Below, piece after piece: positions 1 to 12,985 of a stretch of 64,000 nt of DNA; position 1 is the first letter of the stretch; each line of letters begins with the position of its first letter. Source of the stretch: the human T2T-CHM13v2.0 reference genome, Homo sapiens; the NCBI RefSeq assembly GCF_009914755.1, contig NC_060927.1. One strand, 5' to 3'. Made by a program: the position numbers and the translations under genes. Below the pieces are notes generated by a model. The model worked only from the letters and a program-made list of their open reading frames with translations, was not told the origin of the DNA and did no database searches.

Positions 1-1560
1 TGCATTTATGCTCCTCCAGAGGAATGCCAAGTGTGGGGGTGTGATAGAGACCCATTCTCCTAGACTAGATTGCCAAATGTATTCAGTGATGCATTTGATT
101 CAAAACAGGGAAATGAATATGCCCAGGGGAAGCATTCGACATATTGAATGTTATACTTCAAAGTATATGAAAAAAACAGAAAAGCCTGAAGAAGCTGAGT
201 ATTGGTTGAAGAGAACAGTGTAGATTTATTCTGTTCATTTGTATATTTGTCCCTTTTTAAACATCTGGTTTTGTCAAAATCAGAAATGTAATACAATTGC
301 AGTGCTAGGCTAAATAATAGCTATAAATTCCTGGCCATCTAGAATATTAATCTGTGCTATATTTTGAAAATATAATCCTACCAAAATACTACTATTAAAT
401 CAAGCTTAAAACCCATTAAATAAATAGTTTTTTTGAAGTTTATTTATGGTCTATCTACAATGAAATGGAGAAGGGTTTTAATACATTATATTAGCTCAAT
501 TTTGGAGAGTATCATATACAAATATAATCCTTGGGAAGTTTCAAAAGAATTGGAAAAGTTGTATTAAGAAAATAGAATGAAGTATCCCAGAGTTAGCCTA
601 CCTGTGAGGGAATTCATAATAGAAAAATAATTTTCCTTTTGATATTTTGTACCCAGGAGGAAGATACTTTTCTAGAACCCTCTGTGATTCAGAACGGAGG
701 ATCAAAACCAATGTTATTGGTTTAAAAAGCAGAAAATTTTTGTCTCTTCACCTGGTGAAAAAGTAATTCAAATCATTTTGATTTACTTTATGGTGAAATA
801 AAAGGAATTACACTGAAAGTAATACACCATTTAATTTATTTCTCTTAATTCAATCCCAGCAATCAAAATAGGTATCGGAATATTTCATATTTCCTGCCAA
901 GGGCTTTTCTTTAAATTGAATCTTGTTCAGAAAATACTCAAAACAAAAGCATGCACACTGCCGATCTGCAAAATGAACACTGATCATAGGAGGTTTTCCT
1001 ACTTAACAAAAATTTATTTAATACCCACTTGACCTGGTTTACTTGGTTCGACCAAAGATATTAAGGATTACTATGGGATAAATACATTTCATTCAGTTTT
1101 TTCACTCAATACAATATCTGGAAGCATCTCCAGTTGTTTATAAATTGAGAGTCCACATCCCTTTGGAGATGTTCTTTTCCTTTCTTTGGTATCCCCCTTT
1201 CAGAATTCACACCAGACAGTGTACATACCTCTGTTTTAACATTCGTCACATGTTTTATAGCTCCAGTTCACTGCTCCTGTTGGCTATGCACTTAGAGAAG
1301 GCAGGAACGCTATTTCATATTCATTTTTTCAGTACATAACACTTAGTGAAGTGCCTGGCACACGTAGGTGGTCAATAAACATTTGTTGAACAAAGTGATT
1401 AATTAAAAACCTCTAAAAAGCTGTGAAAACAATACATGATCTACAAAATGCGAGATGTTATTATTGATGACTGATGTATTAATTTAACATTAGAATGAGA
1501 AGAATAAGTGGAAGTTTAGCTTCCCCTCTCCACTTATGCTCACAAATACATGAAACAATA

Positions 1561-1881
1561 TTTTATATATATATATATATTTTTATTTTATTTATTTTTT
1601 GAGATGATGTCTCGCTCTGTCGCCCAGGCTAGAGTGCAGTGGCTCAATCTCAGCTCACTGCAACCTCTGCCTCCCATGTTAAAGTGATTCTCCTGCCTCA
1701 GCCTCCCAAGTAGCACAGACTACAGGCGTGTGCCACCATGCCCGCTAATTTTTGTACGTTTAGTAGAGACGGGGTTTCACCATGTTGGCCAGGCTGGTCT
1801 TGAACTCCTGACCTCAAATGATCTGCACACCTCGGCCTCCCAAAGTGCTGGGATAACAAGCATGAGCCACGGCACCTGGCC
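1561..1881 (-). mobile_element. Alu (AluS-type) with (TA)n-containing tail
   Basis: Full dimeric Alu. TSD TGAAACAATATTT at 1551-1563 and 1882-1894. Confidence 0.92.
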
Positions 1882-2398
1882 TGAAACAATATTTAAATAA
1901 GAATAAATACTTGACTGGAGAAGGAGATTGGAGATCCTTCATAGGATTCTCAGCTGTGTGAGTGTGGATGATACCACCTCTATGTGGATGTTCTTGCCTA
2001 GGACGGTTGAGCTCTGGTAGATAACCAGGCACTTGGCTGGCACTAAGAAACAAAATATCTTTGAATTATTGTTATAGTCCAGCTTTCTTCCCTAGTTAAA
2101 TAAAGAACATTTCATTAAGAAAGAAGGAGGGTTCAGATGAAGTAGTTATAAAGCCCTTCCCAATGGAAAACTGTTTTTCCCATAATACACATGCCTATGA
2201 CTCTTATTTATGGAGTCAAACTTTTCTAGGACCTAAACTCTTTCTTAGATGTAAATCAGACAGCTTTCAAATTTTCATTAGGGCAGGAGAGGTGACTTGC
2301 TCTTTCCCAGTTCCATCTAGGACTATCCAACTCATATTCAAGAGTTTTGTTTTTAAACATCATCTGGCTTTAAAGTTGTATACATTTGAAATTCCCCT

Positions 2399-2698
2399 TC
2401 ATACATATACACCCCAGTAAAACAAATTAAATAAAATATACACAATGGGGAATAAAATCCTAGAATAGGTGTCAATGACATGGTTGTTTTCCAGAATGAT
2501 TCTACCAACATGTCCTCCTAGGGATTTTCTTCTCTTTATCCGAGATGAATCGGTGCTGGGGCTGCATATCGATTTTCTTCTCATGAAGTCTTCTGAGTTT
2601 AGAGAGAGGGAAGTCTGGTCCATGTCAATCTCGCTGTCATGGTAACAACCATCAAAGGCCATAGCTTGAACTGCATCAATATTGTACATCCTAGAAAT
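2399..2698 (-). CDS. GABRR3: GABRR3 coding exon 9 (intracellular loop, TM4, stop)
   Basis: GTTTTTTGACAG|ATT TCT AGG ATG, 300 nt, ending ...VIDTYSRILFPIVYILFNLFYWGVYV TGA. The nine exons sum to 1404 nt = 467 aa + stop. Confidence 0.97.
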   Translation of the reverse strand: MSRMYNIDAVQAMAFDGCYHDSEIDMDQTSLSLNSEDFMRRKSICSPSTDSSRIKRRKSLGGHVGRIILENNHVIDTYSRILFPIVYILFNLFYWGVYV

Positions 2699-3494
2699 CT
2701 GTCAAAAAACTTTTTTTTAAAGTAGGTCTTGAATATGGTTTTACAAATAGGAATTATGGTAAATAATGTTAATAAAGTTAAATATGATTTATCAGAACAG
2801 CAAGATAGGCCAATTGGATTTGTTTTTCAACTTATTTTTTTCTTTATAGAAAATATAGCAGTATCCTCCGTATATATGTATTTTTTGGTCCAAAACTAAA
2901 ACCATGTCATCGGTGATCCATTTATGCTTAAACTGGGGATGGGATAGGGAAAGACTTTAGCTGCTCCATTGAAATGCAAATTAGCCAGGCCTTCCCATTT
3001 TTGCTTCAGAGCACCTATAAATGATCCTAACATGGCCCAATTAAACAACATAAAACTGGTTTATTTTTCTGAAGGAGCAAATTATCAATGCTTTCTGGCT
3101 CCAGTGCCTGATTGAATCAAAACTAAAATTTTCTTGAAGGTTTTACTCTGAGGAAGATAGTGGTTCTCACTAGTTTAGAGCAGTGTCTACAAAGCAGCTG
3201 TTAGTAATTGCTCTTGGAGAAAACAAAATCACTTCTTGATTCATAGGAAAATTCAAAAATGAACAAATAGAGAGAGGCTACTATCGGATGAAATTATTCA
3301 GAATTCAAATTGGAGGCTGCAGAATAAATGCTGCCAAAACATGTCTTCGATTTATAGTGATTTAAAAACCTAATATTTTACTGAATTCAAAAGACATGAA
3401 GACTATTTTGTGCAGTCAGTGAACTAATCAAGGGCCCATAATTGAGTTATGTTGTCCCTTTTTATTTTTTTAACTTTTAAATTAAAATTTATCA

Positions 3495-4093
3495 TTATTT
3501 TTTATTTATTGAGACAGGTTCTCACTCTATCATCTAGGCTGGAGGGCAGTGGTGTGATTATAGCTCACTGCAGCCTTGACCTCCTGGGCTCAAATGATCA
3601 TTCCCACCTCCGCCTCCTGAGTAGCTGGGACTATAGACACACATCACTACACTAGGCTAATTTTTTTTTTCACTCATTCTCTTTTATTTAACTTTAAGCA
3701 GGGCTTGATCAGAAAGAAGAGCTCAGAGGAGTGAGGCAACACCAACACCAGGGCATACGATTCATCCATGGCTCCCCCGACACCAGTTCCAGCCCGGATG
3801 GGGCTTGAAGTAGCTTCAAGTGCCCTGCCATGCTGGGACAATGGAAAGTATGAAAGCCAAACCTTGGGACCCGAAGAGTAATATGTCTGTGAAGGTACCA
3901 TCACTGTCGGGCACCCCCTACAGAAGGACGCATAATAGATACATCCCCAGAGACAGTATTTTATTTTATTTTTAGTAGAGACGAGGTCCTGTTATGTTGC
4001 TGAAGCTGGTCTTGAACTCCTGAGCTTAGGCAATCCTTCTGCCTTGGCCTCCGAAAGTGCTGGGATTACAGGCATGAGCTACCGCACCCAGCC
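3495..4093 (-). mobile_element. AluJ-type element split at its central A-rich linker by a ~290-bp insert
   Basis: Right arm ~3495-3660 and left arm ~3957-4093 are collinear and together make one full Alu. Confidence 0.85.
3661..3956 (-). pseudogene. 5'-truncated retrocopy of an unidentified mRNA 3' end
   Basis: Non-repeat sequence, GC-richer than its flanks. Minus strand ends ...TTAAAGTTA AATAAA AGAGAATGAGTG followed by A10, so AATAAA (3683-3688) is 12 nt before the poly(A). Confidence 0.7.
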
Positions 4094-4225
4094 AAGAAAG
4101 AAAATAGCTATTTTTCCTCTTTCCAAGCAATGGTCAACACCAGGGATACATTTTCTATAGACCTGCTGTTCTTCCAGTTCTGAGTGTCTCGGGGAGAGAG
4201 GTGGTTGGAATATGTACATGAACAT

Positions 4226-5267
4226 GATGGTACTGGGTGGTAGTGGTGTGTGGTGGTGGATAGTAATAATGTGAGATGGATGGTGGTGGTAGGTGATGGA
4301 GGTGGTGAATTGTGGTGGTGGGTGGTGGGTGGTGGTGGTGGTCAATGGTGGTGGTGGGTGATAGATGGTGGGTGGTGTTGGGTGGTGGTGGTTATGGTGG
4401 AGAGTGGTGGTGATATGTGGTGGTGGGACTGTTGGTGAATGGTGGTGGTAGGTATTGGTGTCTGGTGGTGATGGTAGATGGTGCTCATGATGGTGGCGTT
4501 TGGTAGTGGTGGATGGTGGTCATGGTGGGTGGCGGTAAGTGGTGGTGGTGGATGGTGACAGTTGATGGTGAGTGGTGGGTGGTAGGTGGTGAATGGTGGT
4601 AGTGGTGGATAGTGGTGGTGGGTGGTGAGTAGGGTAGAGGTAGTGAGTGGGGATGGTGGTGGTGGTAGGTGGTGGTGGGGGTGGTAGTTGGCAGTGGTCA
4701 TGGTTGGTGGTGTTGGTAGATGGTGCATGGTGGTGCGGGTATATGGTAGTGGTGGTGGGTGGTGAGTGGTGGTGATGGTGGTGGATGGTGTTGGTGATGT
4801 TATTGGTGGATGGTGGGTGACGGTGGTAGATGGTGGTGTTGGATAATGGTGGTGGGTGATAGTAGGATGTAGTGGTGGTTGATGGTGGTGGGTGGTGGTT
4901 AGTAATGTTAGTGGATGGTGGTGGTGTTGGTGGATGGTGGTGGTGGATGGTGGTGAACAGTGGTTGATGATGGTGTTGGGTGGTGGGGATGGTGGTGGTG
5001 GATGTGGGGATGGTGTGGTGGTAGGTGGTAAGTGGTGGTTGGTAGTAAGTGGTGGTCAGTGGGTGAGTGGGTGGTGTGTGGTGGTGTTTGATGGTGGTTA
5101 GGGGTAGATAGTGGTAGTGGGTGGTAAGTGATGGGTGGTTAGTGGTGAGTAGTGGTGGTGGGTGGTGGGTGGTGGTGGTGGTGGATGGTGGTAGAGGGTG
5201 GATGGTGCTGGGTGGTGGATGATGGTGGGTGGTGGATGGTAGTAGTAATGGTGGTAGGGGGGTGATG
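4226..5267. repeat. ~1-kb degenerate (TGG)n/(CCA)n repeat in the last intron
   Basis: Continuous imperfect GGT/GGTG/GAT units. It produces the His/Pro/Thr-rich and Val/Gly/Trp-rich ORFs at 4079-5345. Confidence 0.95.
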
Positions 5268-6059
5268 AAAACAAGTTTTGCCTGATTTGTTTTCATAGAG
5301 AGGAACTCCATAGCGAGGCCTAACATTCCAGCCCTTTCTCATCATCCTTTGGCCACTCTACTGTAGCAGTCTGGGAGAAGAAACTGGCACGTTTAGCTCT
5401 GTCCCTTTTGAGTCCTCCATTTGGTGTCCGCATTGGTGTCCAGGTCTTTTCTCTGAAATGAAGTAAAGAGATACTGTCCTTCCAGGGATAGGCCTGAACA
5501 TTCTTGTTTTGCCAGTGACCAAGACAGTGAGTACATTTAAGCTAGTGATGAAATATTAGTGAGCCCTCCTGCTCACAGACCTAAGCAACATTCTCCAAAC
5601 TGCTTTACCAATAACAAAGGTGACATTGTTATATCCATATATCTGGCTCCCACAACTGGCTCTCTCTCTAATACTGGCTTCCAACTCCATATATATATAC
5701 AGGTGTCATCTATTAGCCCCCAAACCCACAGACATTTCTTCTATCCGGCCTCTCCCATTGCATCCTATTTCTTCCAAGGCATCTCATCCTATTGGATTTG
5801 TTCCCACTCTTCCTAGTAATACTCCTATTCCCTCAGGGCAGGTGTTCTGGGCACTACTCACAATAAGAACTTCCATTTGTATAGCACTTTATATTTGCAA
5901 AGTTTTTACGCCCTTTTACTATATCACTTGATCATCATAACAGCCCTGTGAAGTACATGGGGAAGAAATGACACCACTGTGGAAACACAGAAGGGGTTTA
6001 GGAGACTTAACCTGGAACACGAAGCTGGGATGTGGTGGATTTGGTTTGCCATCAAGACT

Positions 6060-6423
<364 letters not shown>

Positions 6424-6476
6424 TAGGACATTCCCTTGAGATAGTTGCATTTATTTGAGATAATTGAGGATGCTTA

Positions 6477-6694
6477 GAATGGTGGTTTCCAGGGCCTGGG
6501 GGGAGGGGAATATGGGAAGTTGCTGTTTGATGGGTACAGAGTTTCAGTTTTGCAAGATGAAAGAGCTCTGGAGATTGGTTGCACCACAATGTGAATATAC
6601 TTAACACTACTGAACTGCACACTTAAAAACAATTCAGATTGTAAAATCTAAGTTATAGTAATTTTACAATTAAAAAGTGAAAAATAGTTTTTAA
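6477..6694 (+). mobile_element. Old L1 3' end (L1MA/L1MB-type)
   Basis: GGGTACAGAGTTTCAGTTTTGCAAGATGAAAAGAG...ACTGAACTGCACACTTAAAA is a typical L1M 3' UTR. Flanked by a 14/15 direct repeat. Confidence 0.75.
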
Positions 6695-8567
6695 AATGGA
6701 GGATGCTTATTACCTGAAAAGAAGTTCTGCATAGTGGTACACAAAAAGATTGTGTATAATATCAACAACTATAAAACAATCAGGCAGAGTGAACACACGT
6801 TGTGTGGCAGGTGGGGGCAGGGAGTTGTAGACATTTTTGAGTCAAAGGACTAGATGGAGGTGAGCCAAAAGTACTTCAGTGCCTATTTCTTGTGTTAGCC
6901 ACTCCTCGTATAAAAACAAAATAAAACATGAAGAAAATTCTTTCCCTCCTTACACATTTTTCCTGTCACCTTTCACTTCACAGACTATCCAAATCATTGC
7001 TATTCAGTATGGGTAATAGATCAACAGCATCTGCATCACCTAGAGCTTATTAGAAATTCATAGTCTCAGGTCCCACCCCAAACCTCCTGAATTAGAGTTT
7101 AACGAGGACCCGGGTGATGCCTACGCACCACTGCCGCATACTGCTCTAACAGCTCCTGGTTTCCTTACACGTGCATAGCACTCACTGTGGGCATGTAAGT
7201 GACAGGCAAACATAGTCACATGCTGCTAGCAAAGAAATGAAAGCATCTGCAAGAAAACAAAATCAGCTCTTATTAGAGCTTTGACTCAAAGGATGTAAAA
7301 TCAAAGGATGAAGTGAGCATTCCAGATCTGAATTGCAACTGCAGTTCTGTTGGCTGAGAATCTGTTGGCAAATCACTTCATTTCACTAGAACTCTGCTTC
7401 TTCGTTTATAAAATAGAGATAATAATCTCTGTAAGATCTATACTGGGGGCTGACAGGAAGGTTCGGTGTGAGAAGAGGATATAAAAACATCCTGAAAGTA
7501 TGAGATGCTCTCAGAAGTAGAAAAAATATTAAATAATGTTTGGTTGCATATAAATCCTCATGTAAAAAAAAACTTAAACCAATGTGAATAGATTTCATTG
7601 AAGTTATGGGTATATGTGTATAGATATTCTCTACATGGGATGTATATGTATACATATATACTATATGCACATATGTATGTGTGCGTATGTGTGTTTATTC
7701 TGTTAAGTGTAGACTAGAAACGAATGACTCTTATCAGTTAAGTTTCTGAAGTACAATATCTTATATAAGTTCTTGTAAAAGCAGGAAACTGGTGCCCAAA
7801 TCCTCTGTGAAATGAAGCAGGTAGAGAGCAATCTACCTACATTTATTAAACAATGTCACAAAAAACATGGATAACATTTAGAGCCCAGAAGGCACCTCAT
7901 TCCTAGGATACTGTGGGGGGAAGAACCTCCCTTTATGCTCTACCACTCTCCCGAGTGACAAGAAGAGATATATAAATGCTGGCTCTCGATGGAGAGAAAC
8001 ATATCATTTATTGGTTGAGAGCACACACACAGCCTTTGAAGTTAAGGAGACCCAGAAGCAAAGCCTGATTCCTCTTCAGCTGTGTGACCTTGGCCAAATT
8101 ACCACCCAGCTGCATTTATTCCACCTCTGTTAAATGAGGGCGATAAAATACTGACCTTGGTGTGAGAGTTCACTGACATAATATGTTACATGGTTGGTAT
8201 GATGCCAATATATAATAACCCCCCATTACATGTTAGCTATTATTATTATCATCATCATCCATTTGAAAGAATGTGGTTTGTATGTCAACCCCTTTTATTC
8301 AAAGGGTACAGTTGGGGGAAAGGAGCATATTGAGAGAAATTTTGCACACACAAAAACTCCTGATGAAGGTGAGTGAGGATAAGAAAACAGCCAGCACAGA
8401 GCAGAGGGTAAGGTTCAATGTTAAATTGTCACCATACTGTCAACTTGCCTCTTGACAAGCATATGGACTTAATACAAAGGCTTACAACACTGTCAAGAGA
8501 GGGCAATAGATAAGGGTAGTCTTTTCCACATTCCCCAAGGGATCTGATAGTCAGAGCAAGGCTGTAC

Positions 8568-8764
8568 CTTTCCTGTCTTCTTGAATTGTTTCCGCTCTTC
8601 CACTGTGGTGAGGTAGTTCACAGCTGCATACTCAATGACTGACAGGAACACAAAGAGGGAGCTGACCCACAGGTACACATCCACAGCCTTGAGGTAGGAC
8701 ACCTGGGGCATGGAGGCGCTCACAGCAGTGATGATTGTGGACATGGTCAGCACTGTGGTGATTC
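8568..8764 (-). CDS. GABRR3: GABRR3 coding exon 8 (TM2, TM3)
   Basis: GGCAG| ... AAG|GTACAG, 197 nt. Encodes (G)ITTVLTMSTIITAVSASMPQVSYLKAVDVYLWVSSLFVFLSVIEYAAVNYLTTVEERKQFKKTGK and lies within ORF 8493..8771. Confidence 0.97.
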
Positions 8765-9419
8765 CTGCCATTTGAGAATAGTGGCAAGCTCAGTGATATA
8801 GCCATTCATTTCCAGGATCTGGTGCTGAATCACACCAGGGGATGCATTTCTAGAACAATATCAACCTGGTGATCCAAGAGGAGGGAAGGTGTGTGCATGT
8901 TGACCAGCTATATATCTTGAGCCTAAACAAACACTCTCACTGGATTTTTCTGTCTCTTTTTCTTGCCCTTACCCTATTATCCAGAAGGTTTCCTTTCCTC
9001 CATTTAAAGGCTTCACAGAAAACAGAGTCTGACTTTTCTGTTTTTCACCCTCAGATGGGCCTCTTCTAAGCATGCCAGAAAGGTAAACATGTATTCAATT
9101 TAAAAGAGTATTCTAAAATCATTTCCTCTAACCTTTCCCATTCTTTCACAATTTTTACTGTTTATAACCTGTCTTTATGTCTACATTTAATATTTCATGC
9201 TTCCGGGGAGCTTATTTCTTCTTGAAAGATCTTTAGTAGCATTCAAGATTGCTATTCTCTATATTATCCTTTCACAGAAAATACTTAAAAAGCCATTGTT
9301 ATTCTCTTTGTCGATTGTTAATGAAACTACAGTTCCATTGATTCTGAGTATAAGTGTGCTAGTAGGGGTTCAGTTCATTGTAAACACTTACTTAGCAACA
9401 ACTAAATTCCATTCACATT

Positions 9420-9562
9420 TTCCCCTTCCACTCTCTTCCCCATTCCCCTCCTTTCTCCTCCCTTCCCTCCCCCTCTTCCCTTTCCTTCTCTTCCCTTCTT
9501 CTCCCTTTCTGCTGCCTTCCCCCTTCCCTTTCCTTTTTTCCCCTCTTCCTTTTACTTCTTTG
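9420..9562. repeat. Polypyrimidine/polypurine (CTTCC-like) tract
   Basis: ~140 nt almost entirely C/T on the plus strand. Confidence 0.9.
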
Positions 9563-10663
9563 TTCTCTGGCATGATCATCAGAGGTAAGAAGATCAAGGT
9601 TCCAGGGGGAAAATGGAGAACGAAGTGACTCTGAGATCTCCTTAATAAAATGCTGGCCATGAGGAGGGCCATTCAATGTCTACACTAATTTCTCAGAGGG
9701 ATATTGCCAGAGTACCACCTGGAGAGAAAGTATACAATTGTAAATATTTGAAATGTACACTGGCTGGTATGGTTTTATTTCTTAATTTCCCACCAGGGAG
9801 GTGCAAATGGAATCGCTAATGATTTTTATAAGTTGTGAGGACATTGTAATGTCAACAGACAGAGTCTCAAACAGCAGGAAGAGCACTGTGATTTACTCCT
9901 AAATGTACAGCCACAGCATGTGGACTGCTTTCACCAACACCTTTCTATCCTTTCTGTAATAATTCTGTTAGGCTCTCATCTGAGAGAGCCCCATATCAAA
10001 CACAATGACAATTCTATAGAGCCATTCTATTTCAAATAAAGTTTTTAGTTTGTATGATCAAGATCAACACAACTTGGCAATTTGACAGTACCATAGGAGG
10101 ACTTGGAATCTCACCTTCACACTGATTTGAACTCCAGAATAAGAAACCTAAATGCTATTCCAGCTCTTAACATTGAACACAGACCACTGTCTCATCAAGT
10201 CCCAGGTTTCCCCCAACAATGGTACTATCAACGATCTGCATATCAGAGGGTGCTGTCTGTATTCCCTGGCTCTAAAACATACTTGCTACGTAAACATGAA
10301 GCAAAGAGTGAACATGAAGCATGGAATTTTATTAAGCATGGAATTTTTATTAACATTACAGGTATAGCTGAAGTCAAGATTATTAAATAAAACCTGCTTG
10401 CTTTTATCAAATATTTACCTACCACATATCTAGGTAAATAATTAGCCACACATAACAGAAAACAAATAGAAGCTCAGAGTGGCTAAGGGATTCCCCCATA
10501 TTTTGTCAGAGCAGAGTGCAAATTCTGTTCAGAGTGCAGAATTATGCCAAGAGGCACAAAGAAGACACTGTGGCTTTCCTGTGCCATACTGACATTTTCA
10601 GTATGCCAATGTCTTACTCTGTTCAAGATTTCACTGGCAGGAAGTGAAGGAATCATGAACTAA

Positions 10664-10991
<328 letters not shown>

Positions 10992-12985
10992 TAAAAAATT
11001 TTTAATGTCTTCTCTTATTGGTTTTTTAAGATATAAAACATAGAACTTATTTTTTTTTCATTGTGCAGTAATATGGAGCTTAGCGGACAAAATAAGGATT
11101 TTAAACAAACACACAAATGTATATGCCTGATTGGTCTCGTCATGTATTTGAAATTGATAACTACTGGGCAAATAAAAAGGAATTGCGCTATCTATATTTG
11201 CCAGAAAGCAATAAACTATTAATCATTTTCTTTAAAAGGGTGCTTAATCCAACTAATTGACAATAGCCTTATTTATTTTAAAACCAGCATTCTAAAATTT
11301 CCTTCTTTAAGATGAGTAATTAAAAAAAAAAAGAATTAGAGTGGAGAGGAGGGATTGTTGGGTAGGGGGAGTGAATGATGAGAAAACTGAGATGTAAATT
11401 CCTAAAGCAATAGAACTTGAAGTCAGGAGTATTATAGTTACATTAAATACACTTATTATATCTTGCGCCACCCCTCAAAAATACATTAATCTTGACAAAT
11501 AGTATTCCTTCCAAACCCATTAAAGTTAATATCCCAATAAAGGAGTTTTGAATTATATGAAGCAACCATTTAGTCAAAGGAAGGTCATGTGTTTGGATTA
11601 GAAAATTATCTTCCCCACTACTGATGTTGCTACGCATAGTTAGGAAAGTGTTATGAGAAAATATTTAGTCTGACCCTTTGATTCAATTCCCCTGGGCTCT
11701 TGCAGCCTCAACATATTAACTTTTTAAAGATGGGGTCTTAAGAACCCTTTAGTCTGGGGGGAATTAATAATCTTTCAGTTTCATTGGCTATTTTTAGTCA
11801 TGCATGGTGGAGAGTTTTGTTGACTGATATGATAGCAGTAGGGAAGACAGGCACCACTTATGAACCACTGAGTTTCTTCACCCCCTCAGTAACTGTGTTG
11901 CAGGTAGTTCTTTTGAAGGGAGGGGGTGTTTATATTCACCTTCAAGTGAGTAAAAATATTTTTCATATAGGCCTAGGCAGAACGAAAATATTACATGATA
12001 TGAAGGAAAGGAAGGTGGCTTGACATTCCAACATTGCTCTATGACCAGAAACTGACAACCATTTTCTCATGAAGGTGGTACAAATAACTGTCATTAGAAA
12101 TTCTCATAATCTCTGTGACCATTAAATAAACTGCTCTTATCCAGTTGCCTAAGTATTCACTTTTCCAAGCATATGACATATCCTCTGTTAGGAGATGATT
12201 TTTTCTCTGAGAGTGACTACAGGCCTGAAAACTTCGGTTGTCTTCCTCTGCCATATCTGTTTTCCAGTAAAGGAGCCCATTACTTAATTCATTCTGTAGA
12301 GAATGGCATACCTCATGTAGAGGGATCAAGCAAGAACGATGGAGGCAAAGAAAGAAGGAGGGAAGTGGAAATGAGAGGAGAAAGTATAATATTTAAATAT
12401 CCTTGAACAACTTTATAATTGTCTCACACTCTCCACACCAAATTGAATGGAGAGACATAATCATATTTTTGACCCATCACACATTCCAAGTTATGGTAGC
12501 TATTATCTCTTATGAGAATTGCCTAATCACAGTGAATACTTTTATGCTATGCACCCTCTACTGCTCTTTACCTGAAACATGGCAAATGTGGGAGGGTCTT
12601 CACCAGCAAATGAATCATCCTTTATCATTTCCAGTTAGCAACGAAAAATATGGTGGTCTAAACACTGGCAACTTAACAACTACGTACTGAATATGAACTA
12701 TGTGCAGGAGGACACTGTGCTACTCGCTGAAGGAACAACAACAACAACAAAATGGTAATAGTGGTCCTAGTCCTTAAGGAGCTCACATTCTAATAGAGGT
12801 CAAAAGATAAGCCACTCCTGTCCCACAGCAAAACATGAAATAGAGGAAGTAAGCTACTTAGGAGATACAGAAAATGCCACGTGTTCAAAGATGAGAGAGA
12901 CCATGTGTGCTTGGAGTCATCACTGAAGGCTTTCGGCCATGTAGAGATGGCAAGATTTTGACAGAGAAACATAATCTGGGGAGGG

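Noticed and set aside
2402-2416. C-terminal GVYV as a PDZ-binding motif
   Set aside because: The C-terminus after TM4 of Cys-loop receptors is extracellular.
4079-5345. Long His/Pro/Thr-rich and Val/Gly/Trp-rich ORFs (up to 268 aa)
   Set aside because: By-product of the (CCA/TGG)n repeat, which is poor in stop codons. No splice context and no domain.
9197-9676. Overlapping Pro/Phe/Leu-rich and Gly/Arg/Glu-rich ORFs
   Set aside because: Caused by the polypyrimidine tract.
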